DNA of 59,036 nt from a virus (Duplodnaviria > Caudoviricetes), in the IMG/VR virus record IMGVR_UViG_3300032258_000001, positions 1 to 59,036 of that record, one strand, 5' to 3'. This document shows positions 1-10,358 of the stretch, piece by piece; within the stretch, counting starts at the first letter, position 1; the number at the start of each line of letters is the position of its first letter. The position numbers and the translations under genes are program-made. The notes below the pieces were generated by a model that was given only the letters and a program-made list of their open reading frames with translations, searched no databases and was not told the origin of the DNA.

Positions 1-60
1 ATCGTATTCGGTGGAGTTGCCCTCCGTGTAGACGGGTATTGTGTTCGACCAGTTAGTCAT
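1..60 (-). CDS. 5' fragment of a gene running off the left edge (baseplate/tail-fibre region)
   Basis: ATG at 60 preceded by a GAGGTGA ribosome-binding site; reads MTNWSNTIPVYTEGNSTEYD with no stop to the edge. Confidence 0.6.
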   Translation of the reverse strand, partial: MTNWSNTIPVYTEGNSTEYD

Positions 61-70
61 GACTCACCTC

Positions 71-637
71 CTAGGGCGTCTCTTCGAATTGTACGGAAGC
101 GGTGATCCCTACCTGAATATTCGCTGCCTTCAGAATGGGTGAGAAAACGCCGCTGTTCTTGATAACGGCTACGTTGTAGACTTCGTCCTGAGTAGGATCG
201 TCTATGTCGGCGATATGGACCAGGGCCACCGTGAAGAACTCGGTGGTTCCGTCAATGACGTCGTTCTTGCTGGCCGTCACGGGATCGGTGACGGCCACCA
301 AGGATGCCTTGTTGGACTGGTAGTTGCCGCCCGTGCTACTGAACTGCGGCGGTAGCGTGATGGGGACTCGAACATAGCCGAGGTCCCCAGCATACCCGGC
401 ATCTTCGAGAGCCTCGTAATAGCTTCTGGCCCTGGTTGCCGCTACGGGGCTTGGGTCTGTCGGGCTTCCCGAGTTGTCAAACTCGATGTACATGCCGTTG
501 ATGTACTTCTCACTCGTGGCCATGGATGCAAGAAGGTCATACCCCTCATACATCGTGGTATTCAGCATACGGGCGAGCTCGGGAGACATAACCCCGTCCA
601 ACACCTCGTGTATCGTAAACTCACAGGAAAGATTCAT
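71..637 (-). CDS. putative baseplate/tail-fibre attachment protein
   Basis: ORF 71..664; likely start is ATG 637 (MNLSCEF) with AAGAGG RBS; follows the baseplate wedge genes; function from position only. Confidence 0.4.
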   Translation of the reverse strand: MNLSCEFTIHEVLDGVMSPELARMLNTTMYEGYDLLASMATSEKYINGMYIEFDNSGSPTDPSPVAATRARSYYEALEDAGYAGDLGYVRVPITLPPQFSSTGGNYQSNKASLVAVTDPVTASKNDVIDGTTEFFTVALVHIADIDDPTQDEVYNVAVIKNSGVFSPILKAANIQVGITASVQFEETP

Positions 638-647
638 TGCGCACCTC

Positions 648-2033
648 TTAGAATAATTTTTCACTTCCTTTAATATATTCCGTTATCGTGATTATGTCCA
701 CTTCGTCAGCATCATTGGCATAAAAGCCAGGCAGCTCTTCGTCAGTGCAGAGTGGCACGGTATCCTCCTCTGCAGTGCCGAATACATTCATGAAAAAGGT
801 CGTCCCCGATGGGAGAGCTTGGTCCAGGTAACGTAAGAGCTTCAATGCGTTCTGATCCGGAACAACAGTAACATCAAGTGTTATGAACAGCGTAGCCGAC
901 GATAGGAAGTTGTCCCGTATGAGCACGAACGGGTTGACGACCCATGGGCGCTTCTGGTCACCTATTATGGCGGTCTGGAGATCTATGCCCCTGGCGGCGG
1001 CTTCCGCTTCGGCATTGGTCCAAAACTCCGCGACATCCGAGGCGTCTCCTCCTATCTGGAATTGATATGTATCCGTCTCCAGGTCGGAGTTCTCGAAGCT
1101 CAGGCCCTGCCCACTGGGCGTTTCCAGGAATGCCCTGCCTAACGTGAACTGCGGGAAATCCGCGGGATCTATGTAATCCTTACCGCCCACTATGGTAAAT
1201 ACGTCGAAAAGAAGCTGACCCTCCACTACGGTGTCACCCTCGGCGACGATCGCACGAGTAGTGCCTGGACAACTGTGAAGCATATCACCTATAGCCACCC
1301 AGGTCCGTGATCCTTCGTTCCAGACATGATCCACCATACCGTCTGTCTGCGCCACATCCGTGTCCGCAATGGCTCCTATGAACGCATTTACGCGATATTT
1401 GGTGGCTCCTTCCTGCAGGAGGTCATAAACGGCGTTCAGAATGTTCTTGTAATAGTCGCTGGAGGGCGTCAGCATGCCCACGACACGTCCATAATGGTCC
1501 TGGAGGTACCCAGCGTCATCAAAACCGTCCAGAAGCCACAGGTCGACCATCTTGATATTCTCTTCGTCGATCGTCTTGAGGTGCTGGCGGAACTCTTCGG
1601 AGAAAGGATCGGCGTAGATTAGCAGTTCACTGTCGATTATGTCGAATTCAGTGCCCCGCTGCCACATGATTTGGGGGGTTACGGGGCTATCCGTGATAAC
1701 GCTTATGTTCTCCAGGGGCGTAGGCATAGCCCACACCTGCGGATTTGTCTGTAATTCGTCCAAAGTGCGCCCTTCATCCATGTTGAAGGAGCCCAATGTC
1801 ACATATTTGCGCGTCAAAGTAAGCTCATCGACCAAAATATAGTCGGTTTCGCTGTATTTTTTGGCAGGAATGTCGAATCTATTGAGGAATTTAGGCAGCT
1901 CATCGACTTTTTGGCCTAATCTGGCGAACATGAAGGTCATGCTCGTGACTAAAGCGTCGTAGAACTCTTCCTCCTTCCAGACATTGTTCCAGAAGGACCC
2001 GAACATCTTCTTGATTTCGGCTCTCTGCGTCAT
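648..2033 (-). CDS. putative baseplate wedge protein (T4 gp7 / P2 gpI-like position)
   Basis: 461 aa; ATGA-coupled to the baseplate J-like gene; C-terminal 'LRYLDQALPSGT' resembles the wedge-protein L..l.PAgt motif. Confidence 0.5.
   Translation of the reverse strand: MTQRAEIKKMFGSFWNNVWKEEEFYDALVTSMTFMFARLGQKVDELPKFLNRFDIPAKKYSETDYILVDELTLTRKYVTLGSFNMDEGRTLDELQTNPQVWAMPTPLENISVITDSPVTPQIMWQRGTEFDIIDSELLIYADPFSEEFRQHLKTIDEENIKMVDLWLLDGFDDAGYLQDHYGRVVGMLTPSSDYYKNILNAVYDLLQEGATKYRVNAFIGAIADTDVAQTDGMVDHVWNEGSRTWVAIGDMLHSCPGTTRAIVAEGDTVVEGQLLFDVFTIVGGKDYIDPADFPQFTLGRAFLETPSGQGLSFENSDLETDTYQFQIGGDASDVAEFWTNAEAEAAARGIDLQTAIIGDQKRPWVVNPFVLIRDNFLSSATLFITLDVTVVPDQNALKLLRYLDQALPSGTTFFMNVFGTAEEDTVPLCTDEELPGFYANDADEVDIITITEYIKGSEKLF
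672..701 (-). promoter_or_regulatory. candidate phage promoter GTGGACA-N17-TATATT
   Basis: Minus strand gTGGACA taatcacgataacggaa TATATTaaa; same motif and 17-nt spacer as at 17508, 21872 and 48263. Confidence 0.65.
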
Positions 2034-3622
2034 ACTTCATCCTTCAATGCAACTGCCACGTTGGACGCGAGGCAGTAATAGAACGTATTCTTCTCCGTTA
2101 CCCAGGAATATGAAGAGTCCGGGACATTTATGCGGCCATTCAACACGCTGACGCTCTTCATGGAGCCGTCAGGCAGCTGAAATTCAGCCTGCATGGTTAC
2201 CGGGAACGCCACATGGAGCGTCTCGTCGACACCTTCGACGGCGTTTACGACTAGAGAGGCGTCCAAACCGTCCAAACCTATATCGGTATCGTTTATGGCG
2301 GCGGCCACTGCGTTCTGCAGCTTCTCCACCGTAGTGCCCGTGTCACCAGGAACCCGCTCGACGGTGACGGTTATACTCACGCTGGCCGGGTGTGGCGCCC
2401 TTATGAGCACGTCCTGGGCCTCGTTGCGGATACTGTCCCTGTTGATGAACTCCTGTAGTGTCTGTAGCTGAGGCATGGTGAGCAGTTCAAAGTCGAAAGT
2501 GAGCTCAACTGAGGTGCTCTCGTACTCGAAGCTGACCAAAGCCGTCTGGTAGATGCTGTAGCGTGCCGTATCCGCACTGAATACATGTGGGCCACCCTCT
2601 TCGGTTGCGTAGCCATATTCCACGGTAGCTTCATTCTCATCGGTAACCTGTACGCCGCTGCTGGTCTCCTTGATCGACAGTATCCTGTAAAAGCCCAAGG
2701 CAGTGTCGTTATCCAGGAAGGCGATCCATGGATCGTCAGTCGTGGCTCTGCTGGCTGTCACAGACACCGTTCGCACGGCAGGTATGTCGGACGTGCGAGG
2801 ATAGGTGTCTACCCTGCCGCCTGTACTGATACCGAACACATTGTCCCGATCCCGAATACACTCCGGATCGTTTATGCCGAACGAACGCTGGCTGAGGATG
2901 TTTACGCCGCTCTGGTCGGCGAACAGTGCGGTAAGATGTGCGTTGCCGCTGGGGATCTTCGCCGTCAGGCCGTTCTGGGCTTGCTCAAGTATATCAGCCG
3001 TGGATGCTTCCGCACGGCCGCCCACGACGCTGGAGCTAACTTCTATGCGGCTTACTGTAGCCGGCCGCCCGGTCATGGTTACGTTCAGGCCCTGGGCCGC
3101 GGTATCGTCCGTGAAGTCTGTCGTACGCACGGGCACTGTGAACACCCATTCAGCGCCCACTTGCACAAGCTGCCTGTAGACGGTATCATCCTTGTCCACG
3201 TAGTTGTCGGCGTTGGCCACGCCTACATACGTCCTGTCATTGGTCAGGCCCACACCGCCTGCCGACAGTTTGGAGCCTATCGGTATGTATACGTTGCTCT
3301 CCTGCCTAGTGTACACGGCGAGCTCGCCAGTACCATATATGCCCTCCTTGAGAGTCACGCGGAAGTTGGACGCCAGGGAAGCCACAAGCTCTTGGTCGGG
3401 CTCGTCCGCTATGCTGGCCAGATACAGGGACATGTTGGCCCGCAGTGTGTCCAGCTCTTCTTCGTCGTTGGCGGCTCTGACGGCCGTTGGGCGTATGACG
3501 GTCTCATACAGCAGGCTACCGTAGGACCACTCGTACTCGGGGTACAGCTCTTGATAAGCCGCTATGAAAGTCTCCTCGTAATCCTGCAGAATATCAGGAT
3601 CGATACTGTCTACATCAAGCAT
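2030..3622 (-). CDS. baseplate wedge protein (P2 gpJ / T4 gp6-like)
   Basis: 530 aa; 'YPEYEWSYGSLLYETVIRP', 'VYIPIGSKL', 'GGRAEASTADIL', 'GGRVDTY' follow the baseplate-J pattern; directly after a gp25-like gene. Confidence 0.75.
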   Translation of the reverse strand: MLDVDSIDPDILQDYEETFIAAYQELYPEYEWSYGSLLYETVIRPTAVRAANDEEELDTLRANMSLYLASIADEPDQELVASLASNFRVTLKEGIYGTGELAVYTRQESNVYIPIGSKLSAGGVGLTNDRTYVGVANADNYVDKDDTVYRQLVQVGAEWVFTVPVRTTDFTDDTAAQGLNVTMTGRPATVSRIEVSSSVVGGRAEASTADILEQAQNGLTAKIPSGNAHLTALFADQSGVNILSQRSFGINDPECIRDRDNVFGISTGGRVDTYPRTSDIPAVRTVSVTASRATTDDPWIAFLDNDTALGFYRILSIKETSSGVQVTDENEATVEYGYATEEGGPHVFSADTARYSIYQTALVSFEYESTSVELTFDFELLTMPQLQTLQEFINRDSIRNEAQDVLIRAPHPASVSITVTVERVPGDTGTTVEKLQNAVAAAINDTDIGLDGLDASLVVNAVEGVDETLHVAFPVTMQAEFQLPDGSMKSVSVLNGRINVPDSSYSWVTEKNTFYYCLASNVAVALKDEV

Positions 3623-3630
3623 AATTCCTC

Positions 3631-4041
3631 CTAACTGATCTCAAGGCTGGTCTTCAGAGATTCGCCCGAAGCAGATATTATCTCTATTTCAGCAGTGACT
3701 GAGTCTCCGGCCACCTGTATGTCCGTAACCAGAATATCCGATAGTATATCATCATCCGTAAGGTCCGTCCTGACGGACTGATCCTGCTCTATGACTGCAC
3801 GGACTTCAGCGATTGCCGCCGTGAAGTCGTTCTGGAGATCCTCGGAGTTACGCACATTCGACTGCCCTACATCCTGCAATATGCCGGTATCGAAAGTCCT
3901 TGCTGCGTCACTGGTGGATCTGGCCAGCATGGTGATCACCCGCTGAGCCAGCGTCACGCGGCCTTCGGCCATGCCTTGTATGGCGAACGGTATGGCCTTG
4001 ACCACCCCTTCGGTATCGTCCATGAACCTGAGATCCTTCAT
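3631..4041 (-). CDS. baseplate/sheath initiator (T4 gp25 / P2 gpW-like)
   Basis: 136 aa; 'GRVTLAQRVITML...ILSDILVTDIQV...VTAEIEIISASGES'; position immediately upstream of the J-like gene. Confidence 0.65.
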   Translation of the reverse strand: MKDLRFMDDTEGVVKAIPFAIQGMAEGRVTLAQRVITMLARSTSDAARTFDTGILQDVGQSNVRNSEDLQNDFTAAIAEVRAVIEQDQSVRTDLTDDDILSDILVTDIQVAGDSVTAEIEIISASGESLKTSLEIS

Positions 4042-4418
4042 AGATCAACCCTCTTTATGTTTGCGAGCAGCATGCCATCACTGTCCTTCTCATCGTCTGA
4101 GCTGCCTTCGTAAGTGGCTCGTTCGAGATAGATGATATAGTTACGCACATGGTTGAGTCTTGGATTAGTGGCGCTGTAGTTGTCCCTGGCAATGGACATC
4201 AGCAGATTGGAGCGCCTGCTGGCCGCCTGTATCGATGGGCGGATGTTATCGTCGGCGGCGTCGGTGACCTCCTTGTTCGTGAGGTCCACCACGTCCTGCA
4301 CCTTCTCTACCGTAATCTCCTCTGCAGGTGCATACGGCGTATCCTTGTCGGTTCCCAAGCAGGCATCTATTGTGGCCTGGAAGGACTCCTTGATGGAGTC
4401 ATATATCTTATCAAGCAT
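4038..4418 (-). CDS. hypothetical protein
   Basis: 126 aa ORF overlapping both neighbours in the operon. Confidence 0.55.
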   Translation of the reverse strand: MLDKIYDSIKESFQATIDACLGTDKDTPYAPAEEITVEKVQDVVDLTNKEVTDAADDNIRPSIQAASRRSNLLMSIARDNYSATNPRLNHVRNYIIYLERATYEGSSDDEKDSDGMLLANIKRVDL

Positions 4419-5190
4419 TGAGCTCCTCCCCTTCCTCTATCTTGGCGAGGATCTTGTTGATGCGCTTACTCACCGCCGGAGCGCTGATCTTGAGCTTCTT
4501 GGCAATGTCTCCCTTGGACAGCTTCTCGGAGCCACCATACCCCGTGCTGTATTCGTAGACCTTCTTGTCGATCGGGTCCAGCTCGAAGTAGACATAGTCA
4601 AGCCACATATCATAAGCTGACCTCTTGTTGTCGCCCTTGAGCAATAAGTCACCCTCCTCTCCCGTACTCCGTGACTGGGCGGAGGTTGGCTTGTACTGAC
4701 GGATACGCTGTATCTGCTTGGGTGAAAACTTGCTGCGGTCAGCCAGCTCATGCAGGTTAGGCTCGCGGTCGAATTCCGCCATGAACTCCTCTTGCACCTG
4801 GTTCAGGTGCGCCCGCTCCATCTGCACGTTCTCTGGGATGTGCATGACGTTGGAGCGTTCGTTGCGTATCCTGGTCAGCTTGTGCAGGCTGTTGCGGACA
4901 TGTGTGCGCTTGGAGGCACCTTTCTCTTCGTCGTAGTCCTCAAGTGCCTTGAGAGCCACCAGGTTGGCCTGCGTGCGCAAAGTCTCCGCCGCGCTACCGC
5001 CATAGTTACGCAAAGACGCGTCAATATCGGACTTGAGCTCTCCCAGAACCTTGCCCGCGTTGGCCGGGGTAGGCTTGGCTTTCCAGGCACTATAGGAAGC
5101 ATCCAGTGAGTTTGTGCTGACCGGCTTGCCTTCCTTATTCTTGTCTAGGAGCTTGTCCTTCTTTGCCCAGGGGCTCTTTATTTCGCTCAT
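4411..5190 (-). CDS. sigma70-family RNA polymerase sigma factor (regions 2, 3, 4; FliA/SigF-like size)
   Basis: Region 2 'ANLVALKALEDYDEEKGASKRTHV'; region 2.4/3 'SNVMHIPE...REPNLHELA'; region 4 HTH 'LDPIDKKVYEYSTG...LSKGDIAKKLKISAPAVSKRINKILAKI'. Confidence 0.85.
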   Translation of the reverse strand: MSEIKSPWAKKDKLLDKNKEGKPVSTNSLDASYSAWKAKPTPANAGKVLGELKSDIDASLRNYGGSAAETLRTQANLVALKALEDYDEEKGASKRTHVRNSLHKLTRIRNERSNVMHIPENVQMERAHLNQVQEEFMAEFDREPNLHELADRSKFSPKQIQRIRQYKPTSAQSRSTGEEGDLLLKGDNKRSAYDMWLDYVYFELDPIDKKVYEYSTGYGGSEKLSKGDIAKKLKISAPAVSKRINKILAKIEEGEELNA

Positions 5191-6785
5191 TTCTTGTTCC
5201 TCGCGTTGCTTATCGCCTCACTTGGGTAACCGCTCTGGTTGCCACCCTCTAGGCTCTGCTGTTGCGATCTAGTCATAACCTTGAAATCCTGGCCTGCGAC
5301 CGACTTCAACGACGACTTCGGCCCGCCGCTTATATTGTACATCGGATGCTCGCTCAGTGCGAGCGAATCCTGAGCTTCCGCCGACCGTACATGAGTTAGT
5401 GTCAGCTCCAGCGTCGCCCGGCTTCCGCCTGGCGTGGACTGAACCCTGAACGTTCCACTATTGATCATGCCGTATAAATCGTCCGTCTGCCCGACGTCGG
5501 CGATATACGGGTGCTCTATCTTTATAACATAACCCAAAGCGTCCAAAAATTCCAGACGATACCAAGGTACACCCAGATTTACGGTCACTCCGCCGTTCTT
5601 TATTTCGGTGAAGAATGCCTTCGCCATCATATCCGCTAGACTATCGAACTTCTCGTCATCCGCATCACGATCGGCCTTCGCGCGCTTTGCCGCCTTATTC
5701 GTCTTCCTGATGTTATCGTCCTTCTCCTCGGAGTCCTGGTTATGTAGGAAGGGGCTAAGCCATTGGGGCAGCTGCATCGTTCTAACCACACCGGACGCTG
5801 GCAGATCCTCGTTTGGAGGATAGAGTGCTACCTCCCCCATAAGGCCTATCAAAGGAACCAGTACGCCATCTATGTTATCCGCCATGGCGCTCAGGGCCGT
5901 GGTGTTGCGGAGCTTGAGGAGGCTGCCTGGTTTGATGGTCGCTATATGATCGGAGTCCCAGGGGAATGCCGGGAATATGTCCATCTGCCCTGACATAAGA
6001 GGAACCATGCTCATAAGAAGCTGTGTGCGTGCCACCAGCCCCACGGCGTTGAGAGGATTTCCGCGACGAAAAGCGTTTGTCACTGCCTGACACAAAAGAG
6101 CGTCCGTGTCTCCGGCTAGATTCGATATTGGGTCGGATGGTACTATCTTGCGCCCTCTGCGCTCGAAGTGCACCAGGACCGCATCAGAGTCATATCTATC
6201 ATTGCTTGCGCGCTCCAGTACGGCTCCGGCTGCCTGCAGGATATACTCCACGCAGTCTTCCGCAACACTGAACTCTCCCTCCCTCGAGGTTCCTAGATGA
6301 GTGAACACCTCCATGCCCAGCTTCTCCCCCAAGGACGTGGGAGGTCCGGTAAGATCCTCGTTCTTGGAGCTGCTGCCATACGTGGTGCCCCAATACTTAT
6401 AGTTCGACGCACTGAATGTTCCCATAAGGATAGGAGGAGCACTGCAATTTAGGACGACGCCAGTGTAAGACCCGGACGGATTCTTGGCTGCAAGACGATT
6501 TACCGACGTCACAACCCCCTGGAAGATTACCAGGCCAGTGCTCTGCCGATCGGCGTACAAGGTAAGCACTACCTTAGCAAATGCGTCCAACCCGTTCGTG
6601 GCCTTGACCGGGTCCAACGCTCGGCGTCTGGTTATGGAGGTTCCGTTGGCCAAGGTGATCTCGCAGGTCGCCGGATTGTTCAACCGCATGCTGAGATTGC
6701 AGGCGACGACGGGATACGCCTTGCCATCCACTGTGGCAATCAGCTTATCCAGCGAAAACTGTCTCATTCTTGATACGGAAGCCAT
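5187..6785 (-). CDS. putative baseplate hub protein (T4 gp27 / P2 gpD-like)
   Basis: 532 aa; 'LNNPATCEITL', 'VIFQGVVTSV' and C-terminal 'YGMINSGTF...ATLELTLTHVR' resemble hub proteins; downstream of the tape measure gene. Confidence 0.5.
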   Translation of the reverse strand: MASVSRMRQFSLDKLIATVDGKAYPVVACNLSMRLNNPATCEITLANGTSITRRRALDPVKATNGLDAFAKVVLTLYADRQSTGLVIFQGVVTSVNRLAAKNPSGSYTGVVLNCSAPPILMGTFSASNYKYWGTTYGSSSKNEDLTGPPTSLGEKLGMEVFTHLGTSREGEFSVAEDCVEYILQAAGAVLERASNDRYDSDAVLVHFERRGRKIVPSDPISNLAGDTDALLCQAVTNAFRRGNPLNAVGLVARTQLLMSMVPLMSGQMDIFPAFPWDSDHIATIKPGSLLKLRNTTALSAMADNIDGVLVPLIGLMGEVALYPPNEDLPASGVVRTMQLPQWLSPFLHNQDSEEKDDNIRKTNKAAKRAKADRDADDEKFDSLADMMAKAFFTEIKNGGVTVNLGVPWYRLEFLDALGYVIKIEHPYIADVGQTDDLYGMINSGTFRVQSTPGGSRATLELTLTHVRSAEAQDSLALSEHPMYNISGGPKSSLKSVAGQDFKVMTRSQQQSLEGGNQSGYPSEAISNARNKK

Positions 6786-7435
6786 TATCTGTTCATCATG
6801 TTCAACACGTACGCGGCCAAGCGGGTGGTCGGTACGGTGGAATCCTTGTATGGTTCAAAGTCGGCTGTCCACTCGACGCCCTCGAGGCCATCGAGCAGCT
6901 GCAGCACGGTTAAAAGGTTACGAGATGGTTTGCGGACGACCTCTATAGTGGCCGTGAAAGATGTTAGTGGGGCGGCACCGTTAAATGTGAACCGAAGCCC
7001 ACCATCGGACATGACGGGAGTGCCGGCCGCGCCCCACTCAACGGACTGGTCGATGCCGTAGGATACCGTGGATACCCCATCATAGGTTGCGCCTATGCTC
7101 CGCTCTACCCACAGATAGCCATCGGGATTCTCCAGTATCGAGACGGTTGTCCCGTCGGGCACGCCGCTTATTATCGTCGTTGACTCCTCCAGCGTGAGTA
7201 CCGGCCTGTCATAGGTGTTATGCGGATCAAGCTCCTTCAGCTGGGCGCTGAGCTTGCTATTGGACACTATACGGCAGATCTGATCAGCACAGAATTGTAG
7301 GTAGGACTTCTCCCGGGACTTGGGAACAAGTGCTTGTAGTTCCTGTAACCGCACCGGCTCCTGGGTGGACTTGCGGTAATACGCGACTGAGGGGTCCGCC
7401 TCCTCGACGAGCAGTCCATATAGTTTATTGATCAT
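6785..7435 (-). CDS. hypothetical tail/baseplate protein
   Basis: 216 aa, translationally coupled in the tail operon. Confidence 0.5.
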   Translation of the reverse strand: MINKLYGLLVEEADPSVAYYRKSTQEPVRLQELQALVPKSREKSYLQFCADQICRIVSNSKLSAQLKELDPHNTYDRPVLTLEESTTIISGVPDGTTVSILENPDGYLWVERSIGATYDGVSTVSYGIDQSVEWGAAGTPVMSDGGLRFTFNGAAPLTSFTATIEVVRKPSRNLLTVLQLLDGLEGVEWTADFEPYKDSTVPTTRLAAYVLNMMNR

Positions 7436-7932
7436 CTGAAAGCTCCTTGTATCGTCAGCGTGTACCGGAAAACGTCAAAATTGTTGTCCCCAACCATCTT
7501 GTGGGGCACCTGGGACAGCCCTGTCAGCACACCCTCGAAGACGACCTTGTCGAAGGTGACCTTGATCTTGGTTACGCCGTTCTTGTAGCGCTTGCTCCCG
7601 GCATGGCGGTTTCTATAGAGCTGCGCCAGGGTATCCTCCGATACGCCGTTCTTGCCTTCCTTGATGCCAGGGCAGGCTTCCGGAGGCAGCGCAATGCACA
7701 CAAGCTGCATAGGCTGCACCTTCTGCCCGAAGGAGGTTATCAACATGTCATCGTCGAATGTCTTGTCGATCTGGACGTCGGAAGCTGCCTGCGTGGTCTG
7801 GCTGAGCAAGTGGAACACGCCAGCCATGTTGCGTAACAGGCTGCCCTGGTACCCAATCTCTATCTTTACCGGTCGGCGCCTGTTGTAGTCGGCGGTCTTA
7901 CCGAACACCGTGTTGGGAAAAGGATCTGGCAT
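7432..7932 (-). CDS. putative tail tube initiator (gp48/gp54-like)
   Basis: 166 aa directly after the tape measure gene; 'ITSFGQKVQPMQL', 'VVFEGVLTGLS...FRYTLTI' beta-strand pattern of tube-fold proteins. Confidence 0.45.
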   Translation of the reverse strand: MPDPFPNTVFGKTADYNRRRPVKIEIGYQGSLLRNMAGVFHLLSQTTQAASDVQIDKTFDDDMLITSFGQKVQPMQLVCIALPPEACPGIKEGKNGVSEDTLAQLYRNRHAGSKRYKNGVTKIKVTFDKVVFEGVLTGLSQVPHKMVGDNNFDVFRYTLTIQGAFR

Positions 7933-7943
7933 AATCTATTCTC

Positions 7944-10355
7944 CTATCTCTTGTTAACCAAGGCTTCGATGGCCTCTGTCAGCCGTTGCAGGATGTTCTT
8001 CATATCAAGGGTGGGATCTCCCGCATCGAGGGCTTCGGCGCCCTTTCTAAGATCGCTTATGAAGTCGGCTCTGTCTTCTGAGTCCATATCAAGCCCCTCA
8101 AGCTGCTTCTCTATGTCCCTCACACTCTTGAACTTCTTGAACTGCCCTTTGTCGTCGAACAGTCTTGATCTTATGGAGTCACGCAGCTTGTCATTCTCTA
8201 TGCCTCCCAGAGCTGCATTGGCGGCTATCTTTCGCCCTATCTGCCTTTTAGCCCCTCTGTCTCTTGAATTTATGGCATCCCTATAAGCCTTGGCGTCTTC
8301 GCCTAGGTTGAAGCCGAGGAACTTGGTACCACCATACTCATCAAGAAGGCTCTCGGCTTCTTTCTGTTTGCCGGTACCCAGCATCTCATAAGCCGTATCA
8401 TAATCACCCTGATTCAAGGCTACGGCCAGATCCCGCTGTTGAGACTCATCCAGGTTAAGGAACCGTTCCGAATGTACGGAGCTCAGTATCGACTGTATCT
8501 TGCCCCGGGTAACAAGATCGCCACTCTGGTAGGCTTTCGATAGCTTCTCGCTCATACCTTTAACGCCGAACTTCTCCAAGACGTCCTTGGCACCGGTTAC
8601 ACCGAAGGCCGCTTGAATGTAATTACCTATGTTGCGAGTCTTGGTAGGATCTGAGAGCATGGCAAGCACTCCCATAGGACCCTTGGCCGTTGGCCCGAAC
8701 TTGGCATCCAATGCTGCTCGCCGTTCCGCCATGTCTTCCAGCATCTTGGATTGGCGCTGCTGCGCAATCATCTTCTGTAGCTCCTGGCCAGTGGCCCCAG
8801 CCCCCATGTAGGCCTTTGCCATGCCTTCCATCTGGCTGTCCACGATACCTGCCGCTATGGCCCTCTCCCCACCTGAGAAGTTGGCGGCTATATCGTCAGA
8901 GCCCAAAAGCTGCCCATCCCGCATGATCATACTCATTGAAATGGGCCGGCCCAGCCTACGCTCCAACGATCGTCTTATGGACCTGGCGGTATTTCTCTGT
9001 ACACGGCTTAAGTTCTGTCCTATGCCGAAGCGGGACACCCGTCTGTCATCCGCCATCATCTCCTTGGCGTCGTCCGACAATGAGGCTGTCTGTATGGCGG
9101 ATACCGAACCGCCCGCCAGCCGCGCCAGGCCTCCAACGTTGGTGATGCCCTGCGCATCCTCGAAGAATGCTTGCCTTTCAGCCTCTGTGTCCGCACGGCC
9201 AGTACGTTGTATATGATACTGGTAAGCCCCTGCGTAGTACTGGGACATCTTACTGGTTCCTGCGGCCACTCCCATACGAACGGACATTGCCCTGAGCCGG
9301 CCTTCGTTAATCCTGCGGCTGCCGAAGCCCATGCCTGCCGTATTGACGCCGAAGCCCATGCCAGTGACTTCCGCCGCCGTGGCACCGATGCCTGCGTCGA
9401 ATCCACCGCGCTCCGCGTATTCCCCGCCAGCCATCATCATCTGCGTTATGGAATCCATGGACTGGCCGGTAAGGGCACTCATCTGCTTCAGGCGCAATAC
9501 GCGGGACTCGAGCATCTTGCCGCCCATGGCGGAGGCCGTTCCGCCGAAAACCCTGTCCATCTTGTCGAATAGCTCGGGTATGCTGCCGCCGAAGAGCTCC
9601 TGCATACTCTTGACGGCTTTCGTCATCTCCTGGACGCTCTGCTTGGTCTGCTGCGAGCGTTCCGTCAGGAAGTAACCACCCTTACCCTCTGAATCCTTGC
9701 CCCACATGACGCTCATGTCCTCGGCGCCTACAAGGCTGCGTTTGGACATCTGCTCTAAGACCTGGGCCTGCTCCGCCCAGTTAGCCCCGCCATATAGTAG
9801 CGGGTTGTCGGTGAGATCACCCTTCATGGAGTTGACGAAGGCGGTCATCCGGTTACGGCCACGGCCAAATGAACCGCTGGAGCCTCCTATGCCAGGCGCG
9901 TAGACGTTGGCCGCCATAAAGGCCTGCGCATAGGACGCATCCGCCTGCGCCCCACCCATCGAGAACATCGCCAGTTCCGTGGCGAGTCCAACGGGGTTAT
10001 AAACGCTCATGGCGTTGGAAGCCTTGCGCATCGACGTTGGATCAGGGTTGCCTCCACCAAAGAAACCCTGTAATACACGCTGCTTGTAGGTGTCGTGGGC
10101 GTAGTTCCCGAAGTCGAAGTACCGCTTCTGCTGCTCATGCATCCAGATGTCGGTAATGCGCTGGTTAGGCTGCCCTACACGCATCTGCTGGTAGGCAAAC
10201 TGGTTGCCTGTCAGCAGGTTCATCATCATGGCGTCTATGTTGATCCCAGCAGCATTGAGGAGCCCTCCGCCAGGAATCATACCCCCGATAGGACGCAGTT
10301 CCCCACGATCATCGTAGTATTGCCCATACATCCTCGGTGGGGTGGGTGTCGCCAT
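7944..10355 (-). CDS. tail tape measure protein
   Basis: 803 aa, helical, G/A/M/Q-rich; directly downstream of a G/GT-type frameshifted chaperone pair. Confidence 0.7.
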   Translation of the reverse strand: MATPTPPRMYGQYYDDRGELRPIGGMIPGGGLLNAAGINIDAMMMNLLTGNQFAYQQMRVGQPNQRITDIWMHEQQKRYFDFGNYAHDTYKQRVLQGFFGGGNPDPTSMRKASNAMSVYNPVGLATELAMFSMGGAQADASYAQAFMAANVYAPGIGGSSGSFGRGRNRMTAFVNSMKGDLTDNPLLYGGANWAEQAQVLEQMSKRSLVGAEDMSVMWGKDSEGKGGYFLTERSQQTKQSVQEMTKAVKSMQELFGGSIPELFDKMDRVFGGTASAMGGKMLESRVLRLKQMSALTGQSMDSITQMMMAGGEYAERGGFDAGIGATAAEVTGMGFGVNTAGMGFGSRRINEGRLRAMSVRMGVAAGTSKMSQYYAGAYQYHIQRTGRADTEAERQAFFEDAQGITNVGGLARLAGGSVSAIQTASLSDDAKEMMADDRRVSRFGIGQNLSRVQRNTARSIRRSLERRLGRPISMSMIMRDGQLLGSDDIAANFSGGERAIAAGIVDSQMEGMAKAYMGAGATGQELQKMIAQQRQSKMLEDMAERRAALDAKFGPTAKGPMGVLAMLSDPTKTRNIGNYIQAAFGVTGAKDVLEKFGVKGMSEKLSKAYQSGDLVTRGKIQSILSSVHSERFLNLDESQQRDLAVALNQGDYDTAYEMLGTGKQKEAESLLDEYGGTKFLGFNLGEDAKAYRDAINSRDRGAKRQIGRKIAANAALGGIENDKLRDSIRSRLFDDKGQFKKFKSVRDIEKQLEGLDMDSEDRADFISDLRKGAEALDAGDPTLDMKNILQRLTEAIEALVNKR

Positions 10356-10358
10356 CGT

